DNA from: Clostridia bacterium | Lineage (GTDB): Bacteria; Bacillota; Clostridia; Oscillospirales; Acutalibacteraceae | Reading direction: 5' to 3' | Assembly: GCA_017439545.1 (NCBI GenBank) | Contig: JAFSIW010000048.1 | Span: forward strand, 33,244 to 97,243 | DNA length: 64,000 nt | In this document: positions 28,480 to 38,388 of the stretch, in pieces | Position numbering within the stretch: the stretch's first letter is position 1 | Layout of the letters: every line of letters starts with the position of its first letter | Notes under the pieces: generated by a model | What the model saw: only the letters and a program-made list of their open reading frames with translations | Database searches by the model: none | What the model was told of the DNA's origin: nothing | Made by a program: the position numbers and the translations under genes

Positions 28480-30348
28480 TTATTGTTTATTCTTTTCCAA
28501 CCAAATGAGCAGTACCGACACGTCGGCAGGGGTGACCCCCGAAATACGGGCGGCTTGCCCAATACTTAAGGGGCGCACGTTAGACAGTTTTTCCACCGCC
28601 TCTAACCGCAGACCGGTAATGGATTTATAATCCGCATTTTCCGGTAAACGACGATGCTCCAGACGGGTCTGCTCGTCGATCTGGGCCTGTTGCCGTTTGA
28701 TGTAGCCTGCATATTTCAGTTCTACCTCAGCTTGTTCCAATACTTCGGGTGGCAGTTCGGGACGGGTCACGTCCACATCCGTCAGCAAAGCGTAATTGAG
28801 TTGGGGGCGGCGGATAAGTTCCGCCAATCGCACCCCCGAGCGAACGGGAGCGGTCTCGGCTTGTTCCAAAATGGCATTCAGCTCGGCCGAAGGCGGCAAA
28901 ACCGTATTCTCTGCCCGCTCCATTTCCGCTTCTTTCATAGCCTTGCGGGCGAGAAAGTTCTGATACCGTTCTTCACTCACCAATCCCAACCGATAGCCCG
29001 TGGGAAGCAACCGTTCTTCGGCATTATCCTGCCGCAAAACAAGGCGGTATTCCGACCGAGAGGTCATCATACGGTAGGGGTCGGAGCAACCCTTGGTAAC
29101 CAGATCGTCAATGAGAGTGCCGATATAGGATTCCGACCGCAGGGGAACGTAGGGGTCTTTGCCCTGCACTTTATGGGCGGCATTCACCCCTGCCACCAGC
29201 CCTTGAGCGGCGGCTTCTTCATACCCCGACGAGCCGTTAAACTGACCTGCGCCATATAGCCCGTCAAATCCCTTGATCTCCAAAGTAGGTTTCAATCCTA
29301 AGGGGTCGATACAATCGTATTCAATGGCGTAGGCAGGACGCATGATTTCTACCTTTTCTAACCCCTTAATAGAGCGGTACAGTTGAATCTGCACGTCCTC
29401 AGGCAAAGAAGTAGAAAGCCCTTGCAAATACATTTCTTCGGTATTCAGACCGCAAGGCTCAATAAAGGTTTGGTGCCGTTGTTTATCAGGGAAACGGACG
29501 ATTTTATCTTCAATGCTGGGGCAATAGCGAGGACCCACCCCTTCAATGCGATGGCCATACATGGCGGAACGTTCCAGATTCTCTAAAATGATCCGCTTGG
29601 TTTCATCGTTGGTCCATGTAATATAACAATCGCATTTATTTTCGGGCAAGGTTTCGGTTTGATAAGAGAAGGGCACGATCTCCTCATCCCCCGGTTGCCG
29701 TTCCAACTGAGAAAAGTCAATACTGCTTCTCAGCACACGGGCAGGCGTTCCTGTTTTAAAGCGACGGATGGGCAATCCCAATTCTTTCACCGATTGTGCC
29801 AAAGAACAGGCCGCCGCCATACCGTCGGGTCCGCTGGCGTAGCTTGTCTCACCCACGTGGATCTTCGCATCCAAAAACGTGCCGGTGGCAAGAATGGCGG
29901 TTTGGCAGTGATACTGCCCGCCCAGCTTACAGGTAAGGATCCACGCCTTCCCCGCTCGCTCAATGGCGGTGATCTCCGCTTGCTTGGTGGTCAGGTTTTC
30001 TTGTTGTTCCAAGCGATGCTTCATCATCCCGCTGTAATCCCGTCGATCAATTTGGGCACGCAGAGAGTGGACCGCAGGACCTTTGCCCCGATTGAGCATA
30101 CGGCTTTGGAGGGTGTTCAGGTCGGCCACTACCCCCATCTCGCCACCCAGTGCGTCAATCTCTCGCACCAAGTGACCTTTGGCGGTGCCACCGATGGACG
30201 GATTGCACGGCATATTGCCCACCCAATCCAATGACACGGTAAAGATCACCGTACGGCAACCAAGCCGTGCCGCAGCCAAGGCCGCTTCAATGCCTGCATG
30301 ACCGGCACCGATGACCGCCACGTCAAACTCTCCTGCAAAATAACCCAC
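28480..30348 (-). CDS. mnmG: tRNA uridine 5-carboxymethylaminomethyl modification enzyme MnmG (GidA)
   Basis: FDVAVIGAGHAGIEAALAAARLG (FAD fold), PCNPSIGG.AKGHLVREIDALGG and GQ.NG..GYEEAAAQGL are GidA signatures. Confidence 0.95.
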   Translation of the reverse strand: MGYFAGEFDVAVIGAGHAGIEAALAAARLGCRTVIFTVSLDWVGNMPCNPSIGGTAKGHLVREIDALGGEMGVVADLNTLQSRMLNRGKGPAVHSLRAQIDRRDYSGMMKHRLEQQENLTTKQAEITAIERAGKAWILTCKLGGQYHCQTAILATGTFLDAKIHVGETSYASGPDGMAAACSLAQSVKELGLPIRRFKTGTPARVLRSSIDFSQLERQPGDEEIVPFSYQTETLPENKCDCYITWTNDETKRIILENLERSAMYGHRIEGVGPRYCPSIEDKIVRFPDKQRHQTFIEPCGLNTEEMYLQGLSTSLPEDVQIQLYRSIKGLEKVEIMRPAYAIEYDCIDPLGLKPTLEIKGFDGLYGAGQFNGSSGYEEAAAQGLVAGVNAAHKVQGKDPYVPLRSESYIGTLIDDLVTKGCSDPYRMMTSRSEYRLVLRQDNAEERLLPTGYRLGLVSEERYQNFLARKAMKEAEMERAENTVLPPSAELNAILEQAETAPVRSGVRLAELIRRPQLNYALLTDVDVTRPELPPEVLEQAEVELKYAGYIKRQQAQIDEQTRLEHRRLPENADYKSITGLRLEAVEKLSNVRPLSIGQAARISGVTPADVSVLLIWLEKNKQ

Positions 30349-30441
30349 GGGAACGTCCCTCCAAAAGAAATTTACAGTTTATCTTACCATATTTATCACC
30401 GAGTTGCAACTGCAAAATACAATAGAATGGAGGTGACTGTT

Positions 30442-31797
30442 ATGCAAAAGGTACATATGTTAGGCATTGGCGGCGCAGGAATGGCGGGGCTCGCTCAGCT
30501 ACTACATCAAAAAGGGGTTAGAATCAGCGGATCGGATCGGGAAAAATCCACCACCGCACAACGATTAACGGAGCAAGGGATTCCCGTGTTTTTCGATGAC
30601 GATCCCACTCCGTTGTGGGAAGCCGACCAATGCATTTATTCCGCTGCCATTGAAAAAAGTCATCCCTTGCGGCGAAAAGCAGAGGCAAGAATGCCCACCC
30701 TCAGCCGCGGTGAAGCCATGGGGCTTCTCTCTCGCTCCTATTCTACGGTGGCGGCTGTGGCGGGCACCCACGGCAAAACTACGGTCACCGGTATGCTGAC
30801 CCAAATTGTACAACAAAGCGGGAACGATCCTTCGGTACTCATCGGCGGACATCTGCCATCCATTGATGGCAACGGACATCACGGTCGGACCGATCTGCTG
30901 ATTTGTGAAGCCTGCGAGTTTGCAGGCAGTTTTTTGCATTTAAAACGGAATCTTGGCATCTTGCTCAACGTTGACAACGATCATTTAGAATGCTACGGCT
31001 CTATGGAAGGGCTGAAAAACGCCTTTCAGCAATTCACCGACGGGTGTGACCGTATTTTGGTATACAGCGAAAACGAGGCGGCTATGGAGGTCACAGCCCA
31101 TCATCCCCATCGGTTTACGTACGGACAACAGCCAACCGACCACTTTCGTCTGCTTTCTGCCGACGGGCAAAACGGATTCTACACCGTTACGTTGCAGTGT
31201 CAAGGGCAGTCTTTCTCTCCGATACGGTTGTGTGTGCCCGGCTTTCATAACGCTCTCAATGCTTTGGCGGCGGCAGGAGCGGCCTTGCTGTTGGGTTGCA
31301 AACCGGAATCCGTATCATCTGCCTTGGCGTCTTTTTCCGGCGTAAAACGGCGCTTTGAGATTCGGTATCGGGATGAGCAGGTGGTCTGGGCAGACGATTA
31401 CGCCCACCACCCCCAAGAAATTGCCGCCGTGCTCACCGCCGCAAAACAGATGGGATTCTCTCGTGTTACAGCGTTGTTTCAACCCTTCACCTATTCCCGT
31501 ACCAAGCTGCTTGCCAAAGAGTTCGCTCATGCCTTACGCTTTGCCGATCAGGTGATTCTGACCCCTGTTATGGGTGGCAGAGAGCCCTACGACCCTGACG
31601 TAACTGCCCAAACCATTTCTCGTTATTTGCCCAATGCACAGGTGGGTAAGGACTTTTCGCAATGCGCCGAACTTGCGGCTACCGCCGTACAGAAGGGCGA
31701 GTTAATTTTGACCATGGGGTGTGGCAACGTATACCGTTGCGGCGAGATGATCGAATTGTTGCTGAAAGACAGGTATGATTTTCATAAAATCACATAG
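30442..31797 (+). CDS. murC: UDP-N-acetylmuramate--L-alanine ligase
   Basis: MQKVHMLGIGGAGMAGLAQLL, AVAGTHGKTTVTGM and the Mur ligase middle and C-terminal domains are present. ATG 30442 follows a GGAGGTG RBS. The track start at 30298 overlaps mnmG. Confidence 0.9.
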   Translation: MQKVHMLGIGGAGMAGLAQLLHQKGVRISGSDREKSTTAQRLTEQGIPVFFDDDPTPLWEADQCIYSAAIEKSHPLRRKAEARMPTLSRGEAMGLLSRSYSTVAAVAGTHGKTTVTGMLTQIVQQSGNDPSVLIGGHLPSIDGNGHHGRTDLLICEACEFAGSFLHLKRNLGILLNVDNDHLECYGSMEGLKNAFQQFTDGCDRILVYSENEAAMEVTAHHPHRFTYGQQPTDHFRLLSADGQNGFYTVTLQCQGQSFSPIRLCVPGFHNALNALAAAGAALLLGCKPESVSSALASFSGVKRRFEIRYRDEQVVWADDYAHHPQEIAAVLTAAKQMGFSRVTALFQPFTYSRTKLLAKEFAHALRFADQVILTPVMGGREPYDPDVTAQTISRYLPNAQVGKDFSQCAELAATAVQKGELILTMGCGNVYRCGEMIELLLKDRYDFHKIT

Positions 31798-31936
31798 AAA
31801 TATACAGGGATTTTTTGATAGGAACGTAAAAATCGGCGAACTTTTTGATTTTTTGTCATTTTTTGATTGACAAATCAACAAATCTACCCTATTATTGATA
31901 CAAGCAATAGATTTTACTGAGAAAGGATTTTCGTAT

Positions 31937-32164
31937 ATGGTATATGAAAAAATCGTCGCAATTCTTTGCGAACAACTGATGTTAGAAGCGGATCAACTTT
32001 CTATGGAAACCGCCATCACCGATGATCTCGGAGCTGACAGTCTGGACCTGGTGGAAGTGCTTATGTCTTGTGAAGATGAATTTGACGTAGAAATCCCCGA
32101 TGAGGAAGCTGAAAAATTCAAAACCGTGGGCGATTTGGTTCGCTACATCGAGAACAATCAATAA
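31937..32164 (+). CDS. acpP: Acyl carrier protein (stand-alone)
   Basis: 75 aa, acidic, with the phosphopantetheine-attachment motif LGADSLDLVE. ATG is at 31937. There are no fab/pls genes nearby. Confidence 0.8.
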   Translation: MVYEKIVAILCEQLMLEADQLSMETAITDDLGADSLDLVEVLMSCEDEFDVEIPDEEAEKFKTVGDLVRYIENNQ

Positions 32165-32177
32165 TTCTGTAAAAACA

Positions 32178-32214
32178 AATGCTATGCAGCCCTTTGGGAT
32201 GCATAGCATTTTTT
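32178..32214. terminator. Bidirectional terminator (acpP / tspO)
   Basis: Stem AATGCTATGCA / TGCATAGCATT followed by TTTT, with AAAAA on the left flank. Confidence 0.75.
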
Positions 32215-32689
32215 AGTTGAGCAGCGCAATAGCGGTATTCAGGTATCCTGCAAAAGTTACCCATATCAAATAGGGAATCAGCAAACAGCCAGCCGGTTTG
32301 GACAACCGATAAAACAGCACCATATTCAGCCAAATCAGCCCCCACAAGGCAATCAGCCAAATCAAAGCGACCCAATACAGTTGCCAGTTAAAAAACAAAA
32401 TCGACCACAGGAAATTGAAGGCCAATTGCACGCCGTACACCGTCAACGCCGTTTTGCTTCGGGCGGGATGTCCCGATATAATCACCAGATAGGATGCAAT
32501 ACCCATCAAAATGAATAACACCGTCCACACAACGGGGAACAGCCATCCCGGGGGCGAAAGAGGCGGCTGACGAAGGGAGGAAAACTGTTCCATACTGTTA
32601 CGGGTAAGCAAGGCGGATACCACACCCACTCCCAAAGGAATAGCAAGGCATCCAATGAGTTTTTTCCATTGAATTTTCACGCATATCAC
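32213..32689 (-). CDS. tspO: TspO/MBR family tryptophan-rich sensory protein
   Basis: Five TM segments. LRQPPLSPPGWLFPVVWTVLFILMG and WSILFF are TspO hallmarks. Confidence 0.85.
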   Translation of the reverse strand: MICVKIQWKKLIGCLAIPLGVGVVSALLTRNSMEQFSSLRQPPLSPPGWLFPVVWTVLFILMGIASYLVIISGHPARSKTALTVYGVQLAFNFLWSILFFNWQLYWVALIWLIALWGLIWLNMVLFYRLSKPAGCLLIPYLIWVTFAGYLNTAIALLN

Positions 32690-32771
32690 CTCGGCTTAGT
32701 ATATGCGTGAAAAAAAGAAAATATTTATAAAGACAGCTCCGCAATCAAAAAATCGACTGCGAAGCTTGTTG

Positions 32772-33407
32772 TTACCCAGCAAGTTTGGTACGCAATAAGT
32801 TGAGTCCCAAAACAAGGTAGACCGCGCCGGACAATTTGGTCATCACCCGTTGTACGCGGGGCGTTCTGACCAGCCACTGATGCAATAGACCTGCGGTAAA
32901 CGAAATGACCAAACACCACAAGGTGCTGGTGGCAAAAAAGGTGCACCCCAGTAGTAAAAAGGGCAATGGACCGTAAGAATGGTCCGCCTGCACAAATTGG
33001 GGCAACAATGCCAAAAAGAACAACGCCACTTTGGGATTCAGAACATTGGTCAGTACCCCTTGTACAAACACCCGCAGGGTGGATACCGCCTGATCTTCCT
33101 TTTTGTCTTGCAAAAGAGCGGAGCGGGTCATCAAGGTGCGAATGCCCATCACAATAAGGTAGGCCGCTCCCAGATATTTGACAATACGAAACGCCAAGGG
33201 AGAACTCGCCAGCAACGCAGACAACCCCAAGGATACGAACAGCGTGTGAATCAAAATCCCCGCCGAGATTCCCAAGGCGGAAGCGATTCCTTGCCGTTTC
33301 CCACCCGCCAATGTGCGGCTGAGGATATAAACGGTATCAGCGCCGGGGGTAATATTCAGAACCACCGACGACAGAATAAACCCGCCGTAATTGATAATTC
33401 CAAACAT
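32772..33407 (-). CDS. LysE/RhtB-family amino-acid exporter
   Basis: ITPGADTVYILSRTLAGGKRQGIASALGISAGILIH is the LysE-family N-terminal motif. I prefer ATG 33407 (MFGIINYGG...), which avoids overlap with the upstream ABC ATPase gene. Confidence 0.8.
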   Translation of the reverse strand: MFGIINYGGFILSSVVLNITPGADTVYILSRTLAGGKRQGIASALGISAGILIHTLFVSLGLSALLASSPLAFRIVKYLGAAYLIVMGIRTLMTRSALLQDKKEDQAVSTLRVFVQGVLTNVLNPKVALFFLALLPQFVQADHSYGPLPFLLLGCTFFATSTLWCLVISFTAGLLHQWLVRTPRVQRVMTKLSGAVYLVLGLNLLRTKLAG

Positions 33408-33411
33408 ATCC

Positions 33412-34194
33412 TTATTTTTGAAAACTTCCCAAAAACTCTTGCAACCGTTGATTCTGAGGGGAATCAAAGACCTGTTCCGGTGTTCCCTGCTCGCAGATCA
33501 CACCATCATCCATAAAGATAACCTGATCGGAAACCTCTTTGGCAAAGGTCATCTCATGGGTTACAATAATCATGGTCATATTGCGGGTGGCCAGCTCCTT
33601 GATAACCGCCAGCACCTCGTGGGTCAGCTCCGGATCAAGGGCAGAGGTAGGCTCGTCAAAGCACAGGATCTTAGGATTGAGCGCCAAGGCACGGGCAATC
33701 GCCACCCGTTGTTGCTGTCCGCCTGACAGCTCACAAGGATAGTTTTGCAGTTTGTCGCTCAGTCCCACGCTGTCGATAATCTGACGGGAGTGTTCCTCAA
33801 TTTCTGCCAAAATCTCCTGTTTCTTGGCTTTATAATCGAGGCGGTCTTTGGCGGCCAACTGCTGTGCCAGCATTACGTTATCCAGCACGTTGTATTGGGG
33901 GAACAAATTGAAGGACTGGAACACAAGACCCATCTTCAATTGGTTTTCTCGTTTTTCCTGTCTGGTCAGCTTGACAGTGGATTCGGAATCAAATACCACC
34001 TTACCGTCAATTTCCACACAACCCGTATCGGCAGTTTCTAACGAGGTCAGACAGCGAAGCAGGGTAGTTTTACCGCTACCGGAAGAACCGATGATAGAAA
34101 GTACCTTGCCTTGTTCCAACGAAAAATCAATGCCTTTCAGCACGTTCACCGCGCCAAAGCTTTTTTGAATGTTTTTAACCTGCAAGATCGGCAT
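33412..34194 (-). CDS. Amino-acid ABC transporter, ATP-binding protein (GlnQ/ArtP type)
   Basis: Walker [10 protein letters not shown], signature [15 protein letters not shown], Walker [16 protein letters not shown] 34194 follows a GGGGGAG RBS. Confidence 0.92.
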   Translation of the reverse strand: MPILQVKNIQKSFGAVNVLKGIDFSLEQGKVLSIIGSSGSGKTTLLRCLTSLETADTGCVEIDGKVVFDSESTVKLTRQEKRENQLKMGLVFQSFNLFPQYNVLDNVMLAQQLAAKDRLDYKAKKQEILAEIEEHSRQIIDSVGLSDKLQNYPCELSGGQQQRVAIARALALNPKILCFDEPTSALDPELTHEVLAVIKELATRNMTMIIVTHEMTFAKEVSDQVIFMDDGVICEQGTPEQVFDSPQNQRLQEFLGSFQK

Positions 34195-34207
34195 ACTGTC
34201 TCCCCCT

Positions 34208-34930
34208 TTATGATTTAAAATAATCCAATTTCTTTTCAAAATAGCCCAACGCCAAGGTCAGCAAACCGTTAAACACCAGATAGAACACGGCGGTATAGAA
34301 CAGTGGCCACATCATACCCTTTTTGATAAAGGATTCACCCATCCAGATAATTTCATACACCGAAATTACCCGTACCAGCGCGGTATCCTTTACCAAGGTA
34401 ATAAACTCGTTGCCCATGGGCGGAACGATTCGTTTGATTAGCTGTAACAGCACCACTTTAGAGAACACCTGCCACTTGGTCATACCAAGCACCTGACCTG
34501 CCTCGTATTGTCCGCGGGGGATGGACTGGATGCCGCCCCGATAGATCTCGGAAAAATAGCAGGCATAGTTTATAACAAAGGTGACCAAAGCCGCCGTAAA
34601 ACGGGGCAACAGATCCCATCCGAACAACAGACCCGGTCCGTAATACACCACCAGAATCTGCAACATAAGGGGTGAACCCCGCACGATCCAAACAATGGTC
34701 TTGACCACGTATCGCAAAGGGGTGAATTTGCAACGGGAGCCAAAGCAGATGATCAACCCCAAAGGCAGCGAGAACAGAAGGGTCAATACAAACAACTCTA
34801 CGGTTGTAAATAACCCTTCAAACAAACGCAGGGTAACCTCAAAAAAAGATGAGTTTGCTATGGCATTCCACATATTGGCAAGGGTATCGCTCAACGAGGC
34901 ACCCATTACCATACCGTTGGTCAATTCCAT
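34208..34930 (-). CDS. Amino-acid ABC transporter permease (His/Glu/Gln/Arg/opine family)
   Basis: Multi-TM protein with the EAA-like loop ([28 protein letters not shown]). Confidence 0.9.
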   Translation of the reverse strand: MELTNGMVMGASLSDTLANMWNAIANSSFFEVTLRLFEGLFTTVELFVLTLLFSLPLGLIICFGSRCKFTPLRYVVKTIVWIVRGSPLMLQILVVYYGPGLLFGWDLLPRFTAALVTFVINYACYFSEIYRGGIQSIPRGQYEAGQVLGMTKWQVFSKVVLLQLIKRIVPPMGNEFITLVKDTALVRVISVYEIIWMGESFIKKGMMWPLFYTAVFYLVFNGLLTLALGYFEKKLDYFKS

Positions 34931-35048
34931 ACACTACACTCCGTTCATACATTGAAAACAATGAAAAAATTTCGTTTTAGCAACCGAGAGCCGTTCCTTC
35001 AAAACGAAGAAACGGCTGACGGCGATTATTACACGTTAAAAGGATTTC

Positions 35049-35855
35049 TTACTTAATGATGTTCTTGGCGATGTTGTATTTTTGAGCGGTGGTTTCTACC
35101 GAGCCGTCTGCCAAAGAAGCGGTCCAGAATTTGTTGAATTCATCGATCAGGTCGCTGTTCTTGCGGAAACCAACACCATATTCTTCTTCCTCGTCGGTTA
35201 CGGCAATACCGGCGGCAAGGTCAGCATAAGAGGTGCCTTCACCGGTCATGGCGCCGGCCATCAACAGGTCGATCACGCAAGCGTCTACGCTACCGCTTTT
35301 TACTTCCATCAAAGCCTTGGCTTGGGTATCAACCGCAGTGTATTTGATGGACAAAGCATCCAAAGCGGCGGCACCGGCAGAACCGTTTTCAACGGCAAAA
35401 TCCAGATCTTTCAGGCTGTCAATGGTTTTGTAGTCGTTGACCTTGTCGGCTTTCATAACCACAACCTGCATATTTTTGCAATAAGCAGTACCAACGCCCA
35501 TCAGACCTTTTACTTCGTCGGTGATGGTCATACCGTTCCAAACCACGTCAATGGCTTTGGTTTCCAGTTCCATGGCTTTGTTATCCCAGTTGATTTCTAC
35601 GAATTCAGCTTCCACACCCAGATATTTGGCGAAAGCTTTTGCCATATCGGCGTCAAAACCGATCCAGTTACCGTCGGCATCTTTGTAGTCCATAGGAGCA
35701 AAGTCGGTAATACCAACGATCAATTTGCCGTTGCCTTTTACGTAATCAACGTCAGCAACCTTGTCGGTACCGGTTACGTTGTTACCAGTGGTGCAACCCA
35801 TAAAGCAAACAGATACTGCCAACAGCAGAGCCAAAAGTAAAGCGATTTTTTTCAT
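35049..35855 (-). CDS. Amino-acid ABC transporter substrate-binding lipoprotein
   Basis: MKKIALLLALLLAVSVCFMGCTTG has a lipobox. It has the family-3 SBP pattern (GFDADMAKAFAKYLGV, DVVWNGMTIT). Confidence 0.9.
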   Translation of the reverse strand: MKKIALLLALLLAVSVCFMGCTTGNNVTGTDKVADVDYVKGNGKLIVGITDFAPMDYKDADGNWIGFDADMAKAFAKYLGVEAEFVEINWDNKAMELETKAIDVVWNGMTITDEVKGLMGVGTAYCKNMQVVVMKADKVNDYKTIDSLKDLDFAVENGSAGAAALDALSIKYTAVDTQAKALMEVKSGSVDACVIDLLMAGAMTGEGTSYADLAAGIAVTDEEEEYGVGFRKNSDLIDEFNKFWTASLADGSVETTAQKYNIAKNIIK

Positions 35856-35908
35856 AATAATTTCCTCTTTTCACGTTTTAATGTTGTAATACTTTACTAC
35901 GCTAAAGC

Positions 35909-35937
35909 ATTATAGCATAGCCCATAGGGTTTGTCAA
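35909..35937 (-). promoter_or_regulatory. Consensus SigA promoter of the ABC transporter operon
   Basis: Minus strand: TTGACA (35937-35932), 17-nt spacer, TATAAT (35914-35909). Confidence 0.7.
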
Positions 35938-36019
35938 CCCATTTTTTGTAAAAACAAGGATTGATTTTGTATTTAGGATGATTTATAATAAACCCATACA
36001 ATAGAAAGAAGGCATTCAT

Positions 36020-36574
36020 ATGGATTATAAAATGAACATTGCGGGATTAGACCGCGCTCTGCCCCTTTGCAAGGTGAACGACGAGCTGTACATTGGCGCA
36101 TTCGTTATTTTCGGCGATCAGGAACTTACAGTAGCCTGTGCCGCTGAGTTGCTGAAAAAAGCGCCCGAATACGATCTGCTCATCACCGCCGAAGCCAAGG
36201 GAATCCCTTTGATCCACGAAATGGCACGGCAACACGGCGACCAAAAATACATCCTTGCCCGCAAAGGCACCAAGCTGTATATGAAAGAGGTATTCGACGT
36301 GGAGGTGCGTTCCATTTCCACCGATCGGGTGCAACATTTGTATCTGGACAAAGCCGATGCCGATTTGATGAAAGGCAAGCGAATCTTGATTGTTGATGAT
36401 GTAATCTCTACCGGCGAATCTTTGAACGCCATTGAGGCCTTAGTGGAAAAAGCAGGCGGCAACATTGTTGGGCGCATGGCCATTCTGGCTGAGGGAGATG
36501 CCATTGGCAGAGAGGACATTATTTATCTCAATCCCCTGCCCTTGTTTCATCCCGACGGCAGCATAAAGGAGTAG
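36020..36574 (+). CDS. Phosphoribosyltransferase family protein (adenine/purine PRT-like)
   Basis: PRPP-binding motif RILIVDDVISTGESL. A TTGATT-17-TATAAT promoter lies at 35961-35989. Confidence 0.8.
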   Translation: MDYKMNIAGLDRALPLCKVNDELYIGAFVIFGDQELTVACAAELLKKAPEYDLLITAEAKGIPLIHEMARQHGDQKYILARKGTKLYMKEVFDVEVRSISTDRVQHLYLDKADADLMKGKRILIVDDVISTGESLNAIEALVEKAGGNIVGRMAILAEGDAIGREDIIYLNPLPLFHPDGSIKE

Positions 36575-36579
36575 CTCAT

Positions 36580-36831
36580 ATGGAACAACAAATCACCGCC
36601 ACGCTGTTGGACGAAAGCGGCAACGAAATGGAGCAGACCTTTACGGTGGAGCGTAAATTTGTCGTAGCAGAAAAGGAATATCTCGCTTTGATTCCCGCAG
36701 GGGATGAAGAAAACGTATATTTGTTTGCTTTTACCGAGACCGACGGCGACGTCACGCTTTTGGAGATCGAAAGTGACGAAGAGTACGATCGGGTTGCCGA
36801 CGCCTATGAAAAAGCAATGGAGGAATCATGA
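36580..36831 (+). CDS. DUF1292-family small acidic protein
   Basis: 83 aa with the pattern ...FTVERKFVVAEKEYLALIP...EENVYLFAF...LLEIESDEEYDRVADAYE, typical of DUF1292. Confidence 0.7.
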   Translation: MEQQITATLLDESGNEMEQTFTVERKFVVAEKEYLALIPAGDEENVYLFAFTETDGDVTLLEIESDEEYDRVADAYEKAMEES

Positions 36832-37085
36832 TGGACAATTACATTACCCTGCAACTGTTGGCTGACGATGGCTCACCCATTGAACAGGAATGTATGATCA
36901 TCGGCGTGTTTGACGTGGACGGGCAGGATTACATCGCCCTTGCTCCCACCGATGATACCGAAACGGTGCTGATTTACGGATACCGCCCTGCGGGAGAAGA
37001 ACAGTTTGAACTGTTTGAGATCGAAGAGGAAGACACCTATATCAAGGTGGTTGCTGAATTCAACCAGATTATTTCGGAAGAATAA
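36828..37085 (+). CDS. DUF1292-family small acidic protein (second tandem copy)
   Basis: 85 aa with the same architecture (IGVFDVDGQDYIALAP...VLIYGY...FELFEIEEEDTYIKVVAEF). ATGA overlap with the previous gene. Confidence 0.7.
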   Translation: MMDNYITLQLLADDGSPIEQECMIIGVFDVDGQDYIALAPTDDTETVLIYGYRPAGEEQFELFEIEEEDTYIKVVAEFNQIISEE

Positions 37086-37088
37086 ACA

Positions 37089-37122
37089 AAGACCGAAGGC
37101 TGTCAAACACCTTCGGTCTTTT
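37089..37122. terminator. Bidirectional terminator (DUF1292 pair / mgsA)
   Basis: Stem AAGACCGAAGG / CCTTCGGTCTT with a 10-nt loop, flanked by A-rich and T-rich runs. Confidence 0.75.
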
Positions 37123-37125
37123 CCT

Positions 37126-37530
37126 TTATTTAATAGGATTCACAATGGTACGCCAATCCATATCGCCGCGCTCCAGTCCGTGGATGAGCACCTCGGCAGT
37201 AGCAATATTGGTGGCTACCGGGATGTTATGCACATCACACAAGCGAAGCAGGTCGGCTTCGTTGCTGGTTTGGAAACCCCGATTCAACGGATCGCGGAAC
37301 CAAAGCAACAGGTCGATCTCATCGCAACCAATACGGGCCGCGATCTGCTGATCACCGCCTTGATTGCCGCTGAGGTATTTTTGAATCTTCAATCCCGTGG
37401 CCTCAGAAATCAACTTGCCGGTGGTGGCGGTGGCGCACAGGTCGTGGTGACTCAGTATCCCGCAATATGCAATGCAGAACTGAATCATCAATTCTTTTTT
37501 GGAGTCGTGTGCGATCAATGCGATATGCAT
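37126..37530 (-). CDS. mgsA: Methylglyoxal synthase
   Basis: MHIALIAHDSKKELM..., ATATTGKLI, SGNQGGDQQIAARI and LLWFRDPL are MgsA motifs. ATG is at 37530; the track start is TTG at 37536. Confidence 0.9.
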   Translation of the reverse strand: MHIALIAHDSKKELMIQFCIAYCGILSHHDLCATATTGKLISEATGLKIQKYLSGNQGGDQQIAARIGCDEIDLLLWFRDPLNRGFQTSNEADLLRLCDVHNIPVATNIATAEVLIHGLERGDMDWRTIVNPIK

Positions 37531-37548
37531 CTTCAATCATCCCTTTCA

Positions 37549-38289
37549 TTATGATTTTAACAGTTTTTTCAAATTGGGAAGCGGTACCGATTCTCCCGTC
37601 AGCCGACGGGCAATACGGGCAATCGCTTTTTGGTAGGGAGCGGTGAGGTGTCCCTTGCCCTGCAAGGCATCGGTGGCGGCGCGGTCGTCTAACGGGATGA
37701 TTCCCACGAGACCGATCCCCACCTCGTCACACAAGGCTTCTAAATTGGCCGCCATCTTTTTTTGCACCAGCGAGGGTACAAACCGATTGACCACCAAGCG
37801 ACCCTGTGGACATTGCGCTGATGTGAGTGCCTCCACCATAGCGTGGGCGCCGCGCATCGACATAGGATCGGGCGTGCACACCACCAGCGGAAGAACCTTG
37901 CCTAGGGCTTGTTCCAATGAAACGTCCAGCCCTGCGGGACGGTCCAGCACAATATAGTCATAATCCTCAGCCGCCCGTTTCAGCAACTCTGTAAACAACA
38001 CCAACTCCTGCGATACCACAGGCGCATTGGCGGTTGCCAAAAAATCGGGACATCCTTTTTCTTGCACAATTGCCTCAAAGAAGGATACCCGCTGCGACAA
38101 AACGTCCTGCAAGGTATACACGGCATTGCGGCCACTTTCCAGCAGGTAGCCTGCGGAGCACATACCCCAATCGGTATCCACCAGCAAGGTTGGGTGACCC
38201 ATAGCGGTCAAGTGGCAAGCCAACGCCACCGACAGGGTGGTTTTACCCACGCCGCCTTTGCCGGATACCACTGAAATGATTTGCCCCAC
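37549..38289 (-). CDS. MinD/ParA-type P-loop ATPase (divergent MinD-like)
   Basis: Deviant Walker A SGKGGVGKTT, then LLVDTD and IVLDRPAG. I prefer GTG 38289 (a GGAGGGA RBS lies 5 nt upstream), giving MGQIISVVSGKGG... It occupies the minD slot after pbp2. Confidence 0.7.
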   Translation of the reverse strand: MGQIISVVSGKGGVGKTTLSVALACHLTAMGHPTLLVDTDWGMCSAGYLLESGRNAVYTLQDVLSQRVSFFEAIVQEKGCPDFLATANAPVVSQELVLFTELLKRAAEDYDYIVLDRPAGLDVSLEQALGKVLPLVVCTPDPMSMRGAHAMVEALTSAQCPQGRLVVNRFVPSLVQKKMAANLEALCDEVGIGLVGIIPLDDRAATDALQGKGHLTAPYQKAIARIARRLTGESVPLPNLKKLLKS

Positions 38290-38388
38290 GCCGATCCCTC
38301 CGATTGCAAAGCGCAAGAATATTGTCTATTATAACACAATTATGCGGTTCTTGTCAACTTTCTTACTGCAAACTGTGCAAAAAACCTG

